Of a DNA stretch of 64,000 nucleotides, positions 46,130 to 58,232 are shown piece by piece. The stretch is taken from contig NC_043006.1 of assembly GCF_006345805.1 (NCBI RefSeq), positions 58,590,001-58,654,000 on the forward strand. The letters are read 5' to 3'. Numbering within the stretch: position 1 is the first letter of the stretch; every line of letters begins with the position of its first letter. The notes beneath the pieces are model-generated. The model did not search any database, was not told where the DNA came from, and saw only the letters and a program-made list of their open reading frames with translations. The position numbers and the translations under genes are program-made. The DNA is from Octopus sinensis (taxonomy: Eukaryota).

Positions 46130-47453
46130 GGATCTTTTCCTTTTGATAGCCAGATTTCAACACAATTTCTAGTTAACTAAAACACTTTAAAACTTCGTAT
46201 ACTGGTAGAATGTGTCAAAAGAAAACATTATTTTCACTAGGCTTTTTTGATAAATTTGTAATTCGTTTGTTTAACGTAGTTTAATTTTTCGAATTTTAAC
46301 CAATCCTATGCTCTCTTTTGAGCTGAAATCATTTGCTGCGTTATCGATATTGATAAACAAACTAGGAGGGTTGTGTTGGCATGTGCTAGAAATAACAGCC
46401 ATATCTCTTAAATCAATGAATTTCGTCGCCCAATAAAAATATTAACGATATTTTTTTAATATTTTCTTTATTTTTTTTTACCAAAAAGGCTTCTCCCATG
46501 GTTTTGAAGGGCCAAAAACAACAAAATCAAAACAATAATATGCCTAAATCGGTCTAGAGTTGGATATGAGTGTGCGTGGAGTGTGGGTCGTATTGTAAAA
46601 ATTTGCGAAATAATTTTTCATAAAAGATGCCCCAGCTTGTCGGAGGCTGTGATATAAATTGGGGAAAAAATCCTCGACACCAGTGCGTAATTGGTACTTA
46701 ATTTATCGACCCCGAAATGATGAAACATTGATCCCCCATTTCTGGTTTATTTACCTTTTGTGTAAATTTGTTCCGGCAAGGGGCTCTATCGACACCAGTG
46801 CGTGCGTGCGTAACTGGTACTTAATTTATCCCTAACCCTAACCCTAAACCTAACCCTAAGCCTAATCCCTAACCCTAAACCTAACCCCTAACCCTAACCC
46901 TATCTCGTGATAGCTTTCCGGCATCGGTCGCTAGCTTTGGTTAGGTTTAGGGTTAGGGGTTAGGTTCAGGGTTAGGGGTTAGGTTTAGGGTTAGGGTTAG
47001 GGGTTAGGGTTAGAGTTAGGGATAAATTAAGTACCAGTTACATACTGGGGCCGGTCTAAACAACGGCAGTAATTCGTTATCGATATTGATAAATAAACAT
47101 GAATTTACTAATAATCGTAAAGAAGAAATTTACTAATAATCGTAAAGAAAAAAAATCCCACCATGGGGCCGGTAGGTTAGCCTGATATCGAACTCACGAA
47201 TGCTACATTACGAACAAATCGGATGTTGTCTCAGTTTTTAGACACAGTAAATGATTTCAGCTCAAAAGAGAGCATAGGATTGGTTAAAATTCGAAAAATT
47301 AAACTACGTTAAACAAACGAATTGCAAATTTATCAAAAAAGCCAAGTGAAAATAATATTTTCTTTTGACACATTCTACCAGTATGCGAAGTTTTAAAGTG
47401 TTTTAGTTAACTAGAAATTGTGTTGAAATCTGGCTATCAAAAGGAAAAGATCC
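46130..47453. mobile_element. Long-TIR Merlin-like composite element (1324 bp) carrying cargo
   Basis: About 210-bp TIRs (46130-46338 and ~47245-47453) starting GGATCTTTTC as in the 13377 MITE; 8-bp TSD GGTGGTCG/GGTGGTTG. Confidence 0.85.
46810..47041. repeat. Palindromic interstitial telomere-like cassette: (CCCTAA)n - 38-bp spacer - (TTAGGG)n within a perfect 21-bp IR
   Basis: C-rich tract 46830-46902, G-rich tract 46941-47021; IR GTAACTGGTACTTAATTTATC / GATAAATTAAGTACCAGTTAC. Confidence 0.9.
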
Positions 47454-47779
47454 GGTGGTTGTGAGATGTGCTAAAAATAACAGATAAATAACCCTTAAAT
47501 CACGCAAAATTTTATTTTCATTTTTGCGTAACCATATGAATTACTGCATGTAGAACACAAATTCACAAAAAAAAATTCTGAAAATTCTATAAAATTAGAA
47601 AAGTTATGAGGTGTTTTATGGAATGCTTAAACCAGAATACTGCCTAGTTTTTAACCTTTAACAGTGTTGTATAAAGTCTCCCTTCGTTTTACTACGGAAT
47701 CTTGCATAACATTATATAATATATATTGCATGTTCACTTGTGAAAATAATACAAGAAACAAACTTTCAAGATAACGTAG

Positions 47780-47941
47780 TCGCAGGAGTGGCTGTGTGAT
47801 AAGTAGCTTGCTTACCAACCACATGGTTCTGGGTTCAGTCCCACTGCATAGCACCTTGGGCAAGTGTCTTCTACTATAGCCTCGGGCCGACCAAAGCCTT
47901 GTAAGTGGATTTGGTAGACGGAAACTGAAAGAAGCCCATTG

Positions 47942-48016
<75 letters not shown>

Positions 48017-48230
48017 CTTTATGTATGCATATGTTTGTGTATCTGTGTTTGTCCCCCAACATCGCCGATGCTGGCGTGTTTATGTCCCCGTCACTTAGCA
48101 GTTCGGCAAGAGAGACCGATAGAATAAGTACTAGGCTTACAAAGAATAAGTCCTGGGGTCGATTTACTCAACTAAAGGCAGTGCTCCAGCATGGCTGCAG
48201 TCAAATGACTGAAACAAATAAAAGAAAAAC
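47780..48230 (+). mobile_element. CORE-like SINE, family 2, near full length
   Basis: Head AGGAGTGGCTGTGTGATAAGTAGC.., CCTTGGGCAAGTGTCTT core-like motif, (TA)n/(TG)n middle, AAAAG tail. Confidence 0.8.
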
Positions 48231-48295
48231 AGTACAGAGGACAAAATAAAAACATTACTAATCCTGGTGGTTATATGGTTCATCCATCATTTGGA

Positions 48296-49665
48296 TATTT
48301 GACTCGGTAAGCAGAACAGGCCTCTTCATCCTGCTCCAAAAAATCGGATGTCCACCAAAGCTGCTGAGGATCATCAAGTCTTTCCATGATGACATGCAAG
48401 GCACCATACAGCACAACGGTTCAACATCAGCCGCCTTCCAAATAAAAAACGGGGTAAAGCAAGGCTGTGTCCTCGCTCCTACATTGTTTGGCATCTTCTT
48501 CTCGCTCTTACTTTCACATGCCTTTCAGACATCAGATGATGGAGTGTTTCTGCACAGTAGAAGTGATGGGAAACTGTTCAATCTCTCGCGCCTGCGTGCC
48601 AAGACCAAAATCAGAAACGTCCTGATCAAGGAGATGTTATTTGCTGATGATGCCGCTCTGGTAACACACACAGGAGAAGCCCTCCAAAGGCTCATTAACT
48701 GTTTTGAGCAAGCATGTAACGACTTTGGCTTAGCTATCAGCCTTAAGAAGACCAACATCATGGGCTAGGCTACATCGGACATCCCAAACATACATATTGG
48801 AGACCACAGATTACAAAAGGTGGAGAAGTTTACCTATCTGGGCTCTACCGTCACCTACAACCTATCCCTTGACGCTGAGCTCAATATACGCATTGGCAAG
48901 GCAGCTGCTGCAATGGCCCAACTCTCCAAACGGGCTTGGGACAACAATAAGCTGACCAAGACCACGAAAATGAAGATCTACCAGGCATGTGTACTCAGCA
49001 CTCTACTGTATGGAAGTGAGACCTGGACGCTATACACACGCCAAGATCGTTGCCTAAACATCTTTCACCTGCGCTGCCTCCGAAAAATCCTCCGCATCAA
49101 ATGGCAGAATCATACCCCCAACAAAGATGTCCTCGGGCAAGCAGGAATACCAAGCATGTTTGCACTCCTCACACAAAGACGTATGAGATGGCTTGGGCAT
49201 GTTAGCCGTATGAAAGATGGCAGAATTCCCAAGGACATACTCTACGGAGAGCTTGCTAGGGGTACTAGGTCTGTGGGTAGACCGATCTTACATTACAAGG
49301 AGGTTTGAAAAAGGGACATGAAGGCCTGCAACATCAATATTAGCAGTTGGGAGGCAGTTGCCGGCAACCGTGGAGAATGGCGACGTACAGTAAAAGAGGG
49401 AATACAAAGGAGTGACAGAGAGAGAGAGGAGAAATGGAAAGAAAGGAAGAGACGTAAACAAGAGACTATGGCACTACAACCAGCCAGGAACAGTCTTCGC
49501 TACATTTGCGGTACCTGCCAGAGGGAGTGTTTGTCCAGGATAGGACTACACAGCCACAGCAGGAAATGTATCAGGACATGAAATATAAAAGCCGGACTAG
49601 ACTACTTCATGCGCAACTCCATTGTCTCCCGAGACAGAAAGGATGCCAATACAATACAATACAAT
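48296..49665 (+). mobile_element. 5'-truncated RTE (BovB-like) LINE: RT domain, C-terminal C2H2 zinc finger, (ATACA)n tail
   Basis: ORFs 48394, 48820 and 49318 are in one frame, broken only by two stops; GVKQGCVLAPTLF, FADDAAL, FTYLGS, CGTCQRECLSRIGLHSH. Confidence 0.93.
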
Positions 49666-51344
49666 CATTTGGATAATTCAGCTTGGGCCATCATTAGTTA
49701 CATGTGCTCTGTTATATTAATTTTGCTCTGGTGAATAAAATCACTCACTCCTCTCCACATAGATGCTTTGTTATACCAATTTACAGTGTACATTCAAATT
49801 TGTTTGAGAATGTATTATGTGCAACGTAATTGGATCTTTCATCGAAATTCTTTGCAATACTCAACCAATCAAAGCACAGGATTCAACCAATGCTCAAAGC
49901 TCACATGATTGGTAAGATGACCAATCATTACAGATTAACATGCTGAGCCTATAAAAGGCTTATCATCTTAAATATGCTATAAAAGAAATTGGTCTCACTA
50001 CAAACCTTTTGCCTGCCTCGCGTTAACAGGACTATTTTCATGACACCTATGCATCATATCTGACATCGCATTCACCAAGAAAAAACAACTTTAGCCAGTG
50101 ACTGATATTTTCAGGGTCTCAGCAAGTAGGGGAGACAACTTCAGACATATTTCAGTGTTATGAACTCAGCAGCGAAGTATAATCTTCGTTGTATTTACAG
50201 AAGTAGGATGAAAGACTCCTGGAAAATAGAATTGTTAAGAAATTAAAAAAATATTTTTAGTCCTTGACTAATATTATTGCTACATATTTGTTTTTCTAAT
50301 GTTCTATGTCTAAATATGTTATCCCTAACTTAGAAATAACCAGTAAAAGCCAGAGTGGTTGATGTTAGGAAGGACATCCAGTCCACTCTGCAGAGTGGTT
50401 GGTGTCAGGAAGGGCATCCAACCATAAAAACCCTGCAAAAACAGATAGTAGCCTGGGATAGTCTTTTACCTGGCCGGCTCCTGTCAATCGTCCTACCCTA
50501 AACAATGATGATAATAATGATGATGATGATGATGATGATGTAACTGCATGGACATATTATTTAAAACAAAATGGTGCATTGTGACATATACATACACACA
50601 TATTCACAATTATAATATTTTCAGCAAACATTCTCATTCTCCACCCCCTCTCTCCCATTCTCCCCCTCTCTCTCTCACACACATATCTGCTCTAAACACA
50701 TTCTATTTCTCTCTTTCTACCCATTCCTTCAGCTAACTATTTAACCACAACATAATAGCAATCCCTTTCTCCTAGCTCTCACTGCTAACACTCTTCTTCC
50801 CCTTAAATTAACCATGAGACAGCATCATAAATTGGCCCTAATACACTTATTTGCTAAACTTTTAGTGGTTCACCAATCTTTAGAGTTCTCTTCTTCCAAC
50901 ACTCTTGGTTATAAGTTTTTAGTGAAACATGGAAAGGCATATGCAGAGTGCAAGAAATAGCAGTTAGATAACTTCAAAAAGAAACAAAAAAATAAAGCAA
51001 AAAAAATGGAATTAAACTTCATATTCAATTTTCTATAGTAACATTTCAGTTCTCGTAAGAATGAAAACTGCATGAAATAAATATCATTAACATTTAAATT
51101 TAATGTCACATAAATATCATAATGTCACATAAATAATGTCACATAAATATTTCAGATTTGCCAACATGGAAAACTGAATTTAGTTAATATGTTAGAGTTT
51201 GTATTCATTGTGCAGAAATTAATATCCTAGTTGTCACTTGCCGGTAAGTATGACCTAATAGTTTGTATCGCACTTTTGCTTGTTGTTTTAGGAGTAGCTT
51301 CAAGTAGACATTGAAACCCTCTCTCCTCACACTTGTCCAATGGA

Positions 51345-51393
<49 letters not shown>

Positions 51394-51854
51394 ACAAGTG
51401 AGAGAGAGAGAGCTGCATCAGGAATTAGCAATTGGCTGGTACTCGTTTTCAGTTGTGCCTCAATTTGAAATCGATATTTCTTCATGCCCAGACATGATTT
51501 TCTTAGAAGATTGAAAATGAACAACAAAGCATGTATGATATCAAAACAAGAAAGAAAAAAAAACATGAGAGCAGGCATCTTGCTTCCTCTTCCAAGTATT
51601 GAACTCACAAATTTATAATCATGAGGCCTAGACCCTAATTACGTAGCCATGTGCTTTCATATGTTGTCATCATCATCATCATCATCATTGTTTTAACTTC
51701 CACTTTTCTATGCTCGCATAGTTCGGACAGAATTCACGGCGGCAGATTTTCTACAGCATGATGCCCTTTCTGTTGCCATTTTTCACCTGTTTCCCATGCA
51801 AGGTAATATTTCCCCATGCCAGGGTGGTGAGCTGGCAGAATCATTACTGCATCA

Positions 51855-52088
51855 TAAGGCGGCGAGCTGGCGGAAACGTTAACTCGCAGGGTGAAATGCT
51901 CAGTAGTATTTCGTCTGCCGCTACGTTCTGAGTTCAAATTCCGCCGAGGTCGACTTTGCCTTTCATTCTTTCGGGGTCGATTAATTAAGTATCAGTTATG
52001 CACTGGGGTCGATATAATCGACTTACTCCGTTTGTCTGTCCTTGTTTGTCCCCTCTATGTTTAGCCCCTTGTGGGCAATAAAGAAATA
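51855..52088 (+). mobile_element. Young family-3 SINE inserted inside an older family-3 SINE
   Basis: 18-bp TSD AGAATCATTACTGCATCA (51837-51854 and 52089-52106); sister copy on minus at about 23935-24180. Confidence 0.85.
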
Positions 52089-53704
52089 AGAATCATTACT
52101 GCATCAGTTAAAATGCTTTGTGGCATTTCTTCCAACCTTAAGTTCTGAATTCAAGTGCCACCAAGGTTGACTTTGCCTTTCATAATTTTTCTTTGTGGGA
52201 GGGGGTGGTCAATAAAATAAGTATCAGTTGAACACTGGGGTCAGTGTAATTAACTTACCCTCTTCCCTGAAATTGCTGGCCCTGTGCCTCAATTTGAAAT
52301 CAATATTTCTTCATGCCCAAACATGATTTTCTCAGAAGCTTGAAACTGAACAACAAAGCATGTATGATGTCAAAACAAGAAAAAAAAACCTGTTCAGATT
52401 GACCCAGCTGTTTCAAGAACAGTTGCATAATTGGTACAGTCTTCTACATGTTGCCAGCATCCAACATATTTGTGGTAACTTAGATCATCTTTTGAAGGAT
52501 AATGAGTTTTTTACTTCTCTTTCAGTTACAACCCATCAAACTATGTCATCTGAATACTACAGATTTCCCTTCTACCTCTTCCTACAGTCAGGGCCTGTTT
52601 TAAGCCAATTAAATTTGTTTAAATTGAGTCCCACACCAAGAGAGGGCCCTGTGCACACACTCAAGCAGAGGATAGTATGATGAATTTTTAGTATACTATT
52701 GTGGCTAATGGTGGAGCCTCAAACTTTAGGTTGGGACTGGCATACAACACAAAGCATAAACATCAATCTTCAGCTTTTGTAGAGTAGAGGGCCCTACTGA
52801 CAATTCTCTAATTGGGTCCCACACTCCCCAATACCGGTTCTGCCTGCAGTCTAATAGTTTACATCACAACAATTAAGAACTTTCCACAGTGGAACTTTTA
52901 CTGACCTCCTGTAATTTGTATTCCTTTAGGCTCTTGTTTTTCTCTATGTATTGTATAAACATGTCATAATCTAACCAAACACCTGTTGTTTGCCTGTCTT
53001 CCCTTTGTTCTGTTACACATCTACCAGCTTAATCAATATATTGCCTATAGCAAATCTTCGTTTAGGCAGCTACCACATTCCTGCATTCAAAACTAGAGTT
53101 TCAGCACAAATCGTATACACATATTATCTTAAGTAATTTGATATCGTATCGCCAACAATACACCCACACTCACACACACGTGTGTGAGTGTGTGCATGAG
53201 GGTATATGGTCTCAGGATTAGTGTTGCACTTATGATCACAAGATTGTGGTTTCAGTTCCTAGACCCAGTGGTGTGTTGTATTCTTGAGCAAAACACTGCA
53301 TCTCCCATTGCTCTATGATCACTTTGGCACCTTACATGTGGTGTGGTACACTGTGCATCTTTTCCGGCAACACTGATTTGATGGAGGAGGTGAGCCAACG
53401 TACAGCACATATATTTGATCTCTATATACAAATATTTGGCATAGGTCATTCAGCAAAAGCTAAACTCACATGTGTTGTCTCATCTTCAATGGGAGATTCT
53501 ATCACATATATGTAAGTATGTATGTTATGTATAAATGTGTGTGTGTATATATATATATATAATATATATATATATAGGGTATGAGAGGTATTGGTATCTA
53601 GAAGACCCAAAAAGTGGCAGGTAATGCTAAGTAAGTACTATGAACAGACCATAGTTAAACTCTTGGTTTGATAGTGATATGAGTGAGGACTCTAATGTGG
53701 GACT

Positions 53705-53749
<45 letters not shown>

Positions 53750-55607
53750 TTTCTTTTGAATAAAGTCTGAAAGTTTCTCCCACATTCCCAACATTTCCTT
53801 TATTGCACTTGCAGAGACAACCTCCTCCACACCACCTATTTCCTGCAAAACCTCTGTGTGTGGCTGCATCTGTATCTCCTTTAGCTCTTCCATTGTCAGT
53901 TCCTCAGAGTGTTCCTCGATAAGCTTATTAATGTCACCTTCATCCATGTTCAGGCCCATGGACTTGACAAGAAATACAATTTCTTCCACCACTGCCACTT
54001 TGGGTTCGAGTCTTTCAAAGTCCATTTCAGACACAACCTCAGGCCACAGCTTCTTTCATGCAGAAGTCAAGGTCCTCTTTGTAACACCCTGCCAGGCCAT
54101 ATTGATAATATCAAAGGGTGAGATTTGTGCTCTCCGTCACCTCAAGGCAGCGGCGGAACAAGTGCTTGGTGAAAAACTTCTTGAAATTAGAAATCACCTA
54201 CTGGTCCATGGGCTACAGGATAGGGGTGGTGTTAGGTGGAAGAAAGATAACCTTTATAAACCTGAACTCTTCAAGGATGTCATCTTCGAGGTTAGGAGGG
54301 TGAGCAGGTGCATTGTCTAGGATGAGAAAGGCTTGCAGGAGTAGGCTATTTTCCTAGAGATATTTCTTAATGTCAGAAGCAAAGACCAAATTCACCCACT
54401 ACAAAGAATTGCCTGATGACCCATGCCCTCAGGTTTGCTCTCCACATAACCTGTAGATTTTCTTTCAGAATCTTGTGACTTAAAGACTCTGGAGTTTTCT
54501 GAATGATAAACGAATGATAAATCTTGCAGTTGCTGCTCACATTGGCACACAGTGTGAGGCTTAGCCTATTCTTCATGGGTTTGTGGCCTGACATCCTCTT
54601 CTCCTCTGCCATTATATAAGTCCTCTTTGGCATCTTCTTCCAAAAAAGTCCTGTGTCATCACAGTTGAAGACTTACTGGGGGACGTATCCTTTGGCTGCT
54701 ATAATTCCGGCAAAACTTCTGAGGTAATCCCCTGCTGCCTTCATATCCATGCTTGCTGCCTCACCATGCCTGACAAGGGAGTGAATGCTGGCCCTTTTTT
54801 TTTAAATACTCAAACTGGCCCCAACTGGCTTTAAACAGCTTGCCAAATTCCTCATCTGTACAAGTGCCTGGGGTCTTCTGCAACAAATCAGCATAAATAG
54901 CTCATGTTTTCTCACAGATTATAGTCTCCATCACAGTGTCTTTTGCGAGCTGCTTCTCCATCAATCACATTATCTCCAGCTTCTCCATATTTTCATGGAT
55001 AGATGTTGGCTGTTTAGAAATTATTTTGGCTGATGTTATAGGCCTTTATCGACTCCTTCTGCTTCAGTATAGTGCAGATCATAGAAGTGCTATGCTCGTA
55101 CTGCTTCGCTAAGTCAACTACACGTATGTCTTCATCAATGCACATCATCCGCTTCTTCTTCTCAGCACTGTCCGTCACACTCACTTTCTTCAGAGCCATG
55201 ATTGGAAACCGAAGTTTTGCAAAATAACTGCAAGTACAATTATGAACACAACACTGATGCTTCTGTAGCCAGCAATGACTAACTAAGCATTTTACCACCC
55301 CTCTAGCTAATGATCTACTAATGATCTTCGCACTTGCTAAAGCACATGCCTCTCTTGCTATCAATATTATAATGGTCTTCGCACTTGCTTATGTGCATGT
55401 CTCTCTAGCTATTGAGTGAGACACAGGATACTGGGCAGATGGTACGACATTCACAGTGGTATTCACTATACCAACTAGCAGCGGGGTAGCTGAAGTTGGC
55501 TCGTGACCTGAATTTCAGCTCACAACACAAAGCAAAAGATTGACCGAGATAGCTCATATCTCAAAAAAACTTGTCAGTTGGGACACTCATAAGTCAAGGT
55601 ACCACTG
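53750..55607 (-). mobile_element. Tigger/pogo DNA transposon with decayed transposase
   Basis: MALKKVSVTDSAEKKKRMM..DLAKQYE..STICTILK (CENP-B-type HTH), MPKRTYI..HKPMKNRL, FLPPNTTPILQPMD, WKKLWP; 5' TIR CAGTGGTACCTTGACTTATGAG at 55607. Confidence 0.9.
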
Positions 55608-55795
55608 CATATATTTGCATGTGTGTGGGTGGCACGTAAAAAGCACCCACTACACTCACGGAGTGGTTGGCGTTAGGAAGGGCATCCAGCCGTAGAAACA
55701 CTGCCAGATTTGACTGGGCCTGATGAAGCCTTCTGGCTTCACAGACCCCAGTAGAACCGTCCAACCCATGCTAGCATGGAAAACGGACGCTAAAC

Positions 55796-55829
<34 letters not shown>

Positions 55830-56331
55830 TGTGTCCTTGTGGCTGTATTTGTTCCCCATGGCCACTTGACAACCATTGCTGGTTTGTTTACATCTCGGTA
55901 ACTTAGCAGTTCACCAATAAGAGACTGATAGTATATGTACCAGGCTTAAAAGACAATAAGTACTTCAAGGCAATGCTCCAGCATGATCGCAGTCTACCGA
56001 CTGAAACAGATAAAAAATAAAAGATAAAAGACTTCCTAATAGATATTTTGTTCAGTGGTTAATTTGGTTTTGATATATCCCAGAATACACTATAATACTC
56101 CCCACCTACCCTCTTCAATTCTGCAGGTTGTCCTTTGGACCTCTAGTTATAGTAGTAATGCATATTTGGGTAGTAAATTGCATAAATGAAGTCTTGTCTT
56201 ATTGAGGTCACAGTACCAAAAATAGAAAGAGGAGTGGGAATCTTATCTTATATAGACATTCTCTTAACTCTAGTGTTGAGAGTTGAATAGTCTTATATAT
56301 TAGCTAGCCAAAGGTTGTTGTATTTGTTTAA

Positions 56332-56617
56332 CCCTTGGATATCAATCTGCCTGAAACCAGCCCGGGATCTGTGACAAATTTTTGGTGAAAGTATTCTAAG
56401 TGAAAACCTTCCATCAGAATTACATGTTAGTTCATGTTTCCAAGCATCAGCTTAATTATAATCAAAGTTAGTTAACTAAATTCTTAATTATCTTAATTAT
56501 TAATTGAAGCAAATTGTGACTAAGGTTTGGCGGAAGATTTTAATTCAGGACTTATGAAAACAAGACATTTGTACTACAGAGCCAGAGGTGGTTTCAGCTG
56601 TGTTGGTATTGAAAGGG
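56332..56617. mobile_element. piggyBac-like MITE, second family
   Basis: TTAA|CCCTT...AAGGG|TTAA. Confidence 0.7.
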
Positions 56618-56754
56618 TTAAACATATACGATGGTAAGGCAAACACGCGCATACACACACACACACACACACATGCTCATATATTTCAACAAAAATATGG
56701 TAACAAAAAGGTTAATCTCAGATCAACTCATAATCTATATGGCGAATATATGGC

Positions 56755-57185
56755 ATGGCTTTGTGATAAGAAGCTTTCTTCCCAATCACATATTTCCAGG
56801 TTCAGTCCCACTGCATGGCACTTCTAATATAGTCACAGGCTACCCAAAGCCTTGTGAGTGGATTTGGCAGACGGAAACTGAAAGAAGCCCATTGTTTATA
56901 TACATGAATATATACTTGTATGTGTGTTGAAAGAAGCCCATTGTTTATATACATGAATATATACTTGTATGTGTGTCTGTGTTTGTATCCTCACCACCGC
57001 TTGACAACCGGTGCTGGTGTGTTTGCATCCCTGTAACTAAGTGGTTTGGCAAAAGAGACCAACAGAATAAATACTAGGCTTAAAAAATAAAGTACTGGGA
57101 TTGATTCATTCGATTAAAAATTCAAGGTGGTGCTCCAGCATGACCACAGTCTAAGACTAAAACAAGTAAGGAGATGAAAGGATAA
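56755..57185 (+). mobile_element. Family-2 SINE with a perfect 49-bp internal tandem duplication (56879-56976)
   Basis: TGAAAGAAGCCCATTGTTTATATACATG.. occurs at 56879 and 56928. Confidence 0.8.
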
Positions 57186-57695
57186 AAAGATTCCGATGGA
57201 GGAATTTATCTGTTCCACTAAAGCAATAGAGTCACACTGTTGACAAGTCCTAATTACAGGACAATTACAGCTCAGTGTTCTAGCTTTGCTCTTGGGGCAG
57301 TTATCTACCCTGTTAGTGTATATAAATGTTCTTTTTATACAGCTATAAGCTATTAGGCTCTTATTTCAAACAATGACTGTGCTTTTAGCACCCACAGTCA
57401 CAATTAGGCGACTAAATTTTTTCTATATGGGTTTGTTTTGCGGCTAGCTGTTTAAATTAATTTTTAGTATATATGTGTGTGTGTGTGTGTGTGTATAGAT
57501 ACGCATACACATACACACACACGCACACACACACATGCGCGCACATGCACACACACACACACACACACATAGTTTAGTTGACCAAACTTATTTTTTAAAT
57601 TCTGGTATTTATCCAATTGGTCTTTTTTGCTGAACTGCTTGGTTGTAGGGACATAAACAAATCAACACTGACTGCCAAGTGGTAGTGGACAGACA

Positions 57696-57732
<37 letters not shown>

Positions 57733-58194
57733 ACATGCGCAGTTTCTGTCTACCAAATTCACTCACAGGACATTGGTTGGTGGGAGAGCTATTATGGAAG
57801 ACACTGGCTCAAGGTGCTGCACAATAGTATTGAACCCAAAACCACATTGCTGCAAAGCGAACAAGCTATATAAACATGCAGTATATGAGCATGTGTATGT
57901 GTGTGTGTATGTATGTGTATATGCGTGCGCGTGTGCTTGTCTTACCATCATATAATATGTTTAAGCAAGTGTGACTGTTATACAAACTATGACATGCATT
58001 TCCAATATTCTGCAAAAAAAATGTCTGGCTATGAGCAAATATTATCTGGTTGTGTGGTAAGAAGCTTGCTTCCCAACTACATGGCTCCAGGTTCAGTCCC
58101 ACTTTATTGTACATTGGGCAAATGTCTTTTACCATAACCTCAGGCTGACCAAAGCCTTGTGAATGGATTTAGTAGACAGAAACTGAAAGAAACC

Positions 58195-58230
<36 letters not shown>

Positions 58231-58232
<2 letters not shown>

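Noticed and set aside
46830-47021. Ancient telomere-telomere fusion site
   Set aside because: A fusion gives (TTAGGG)n(CCCTAA)n; the order here is the opposite and it lies inside a TSD-flanked element.
53856-54320. 154-aa plus-strand ORF
   Set aside because: Antisense shadow of the Tigger/pogo transposase.
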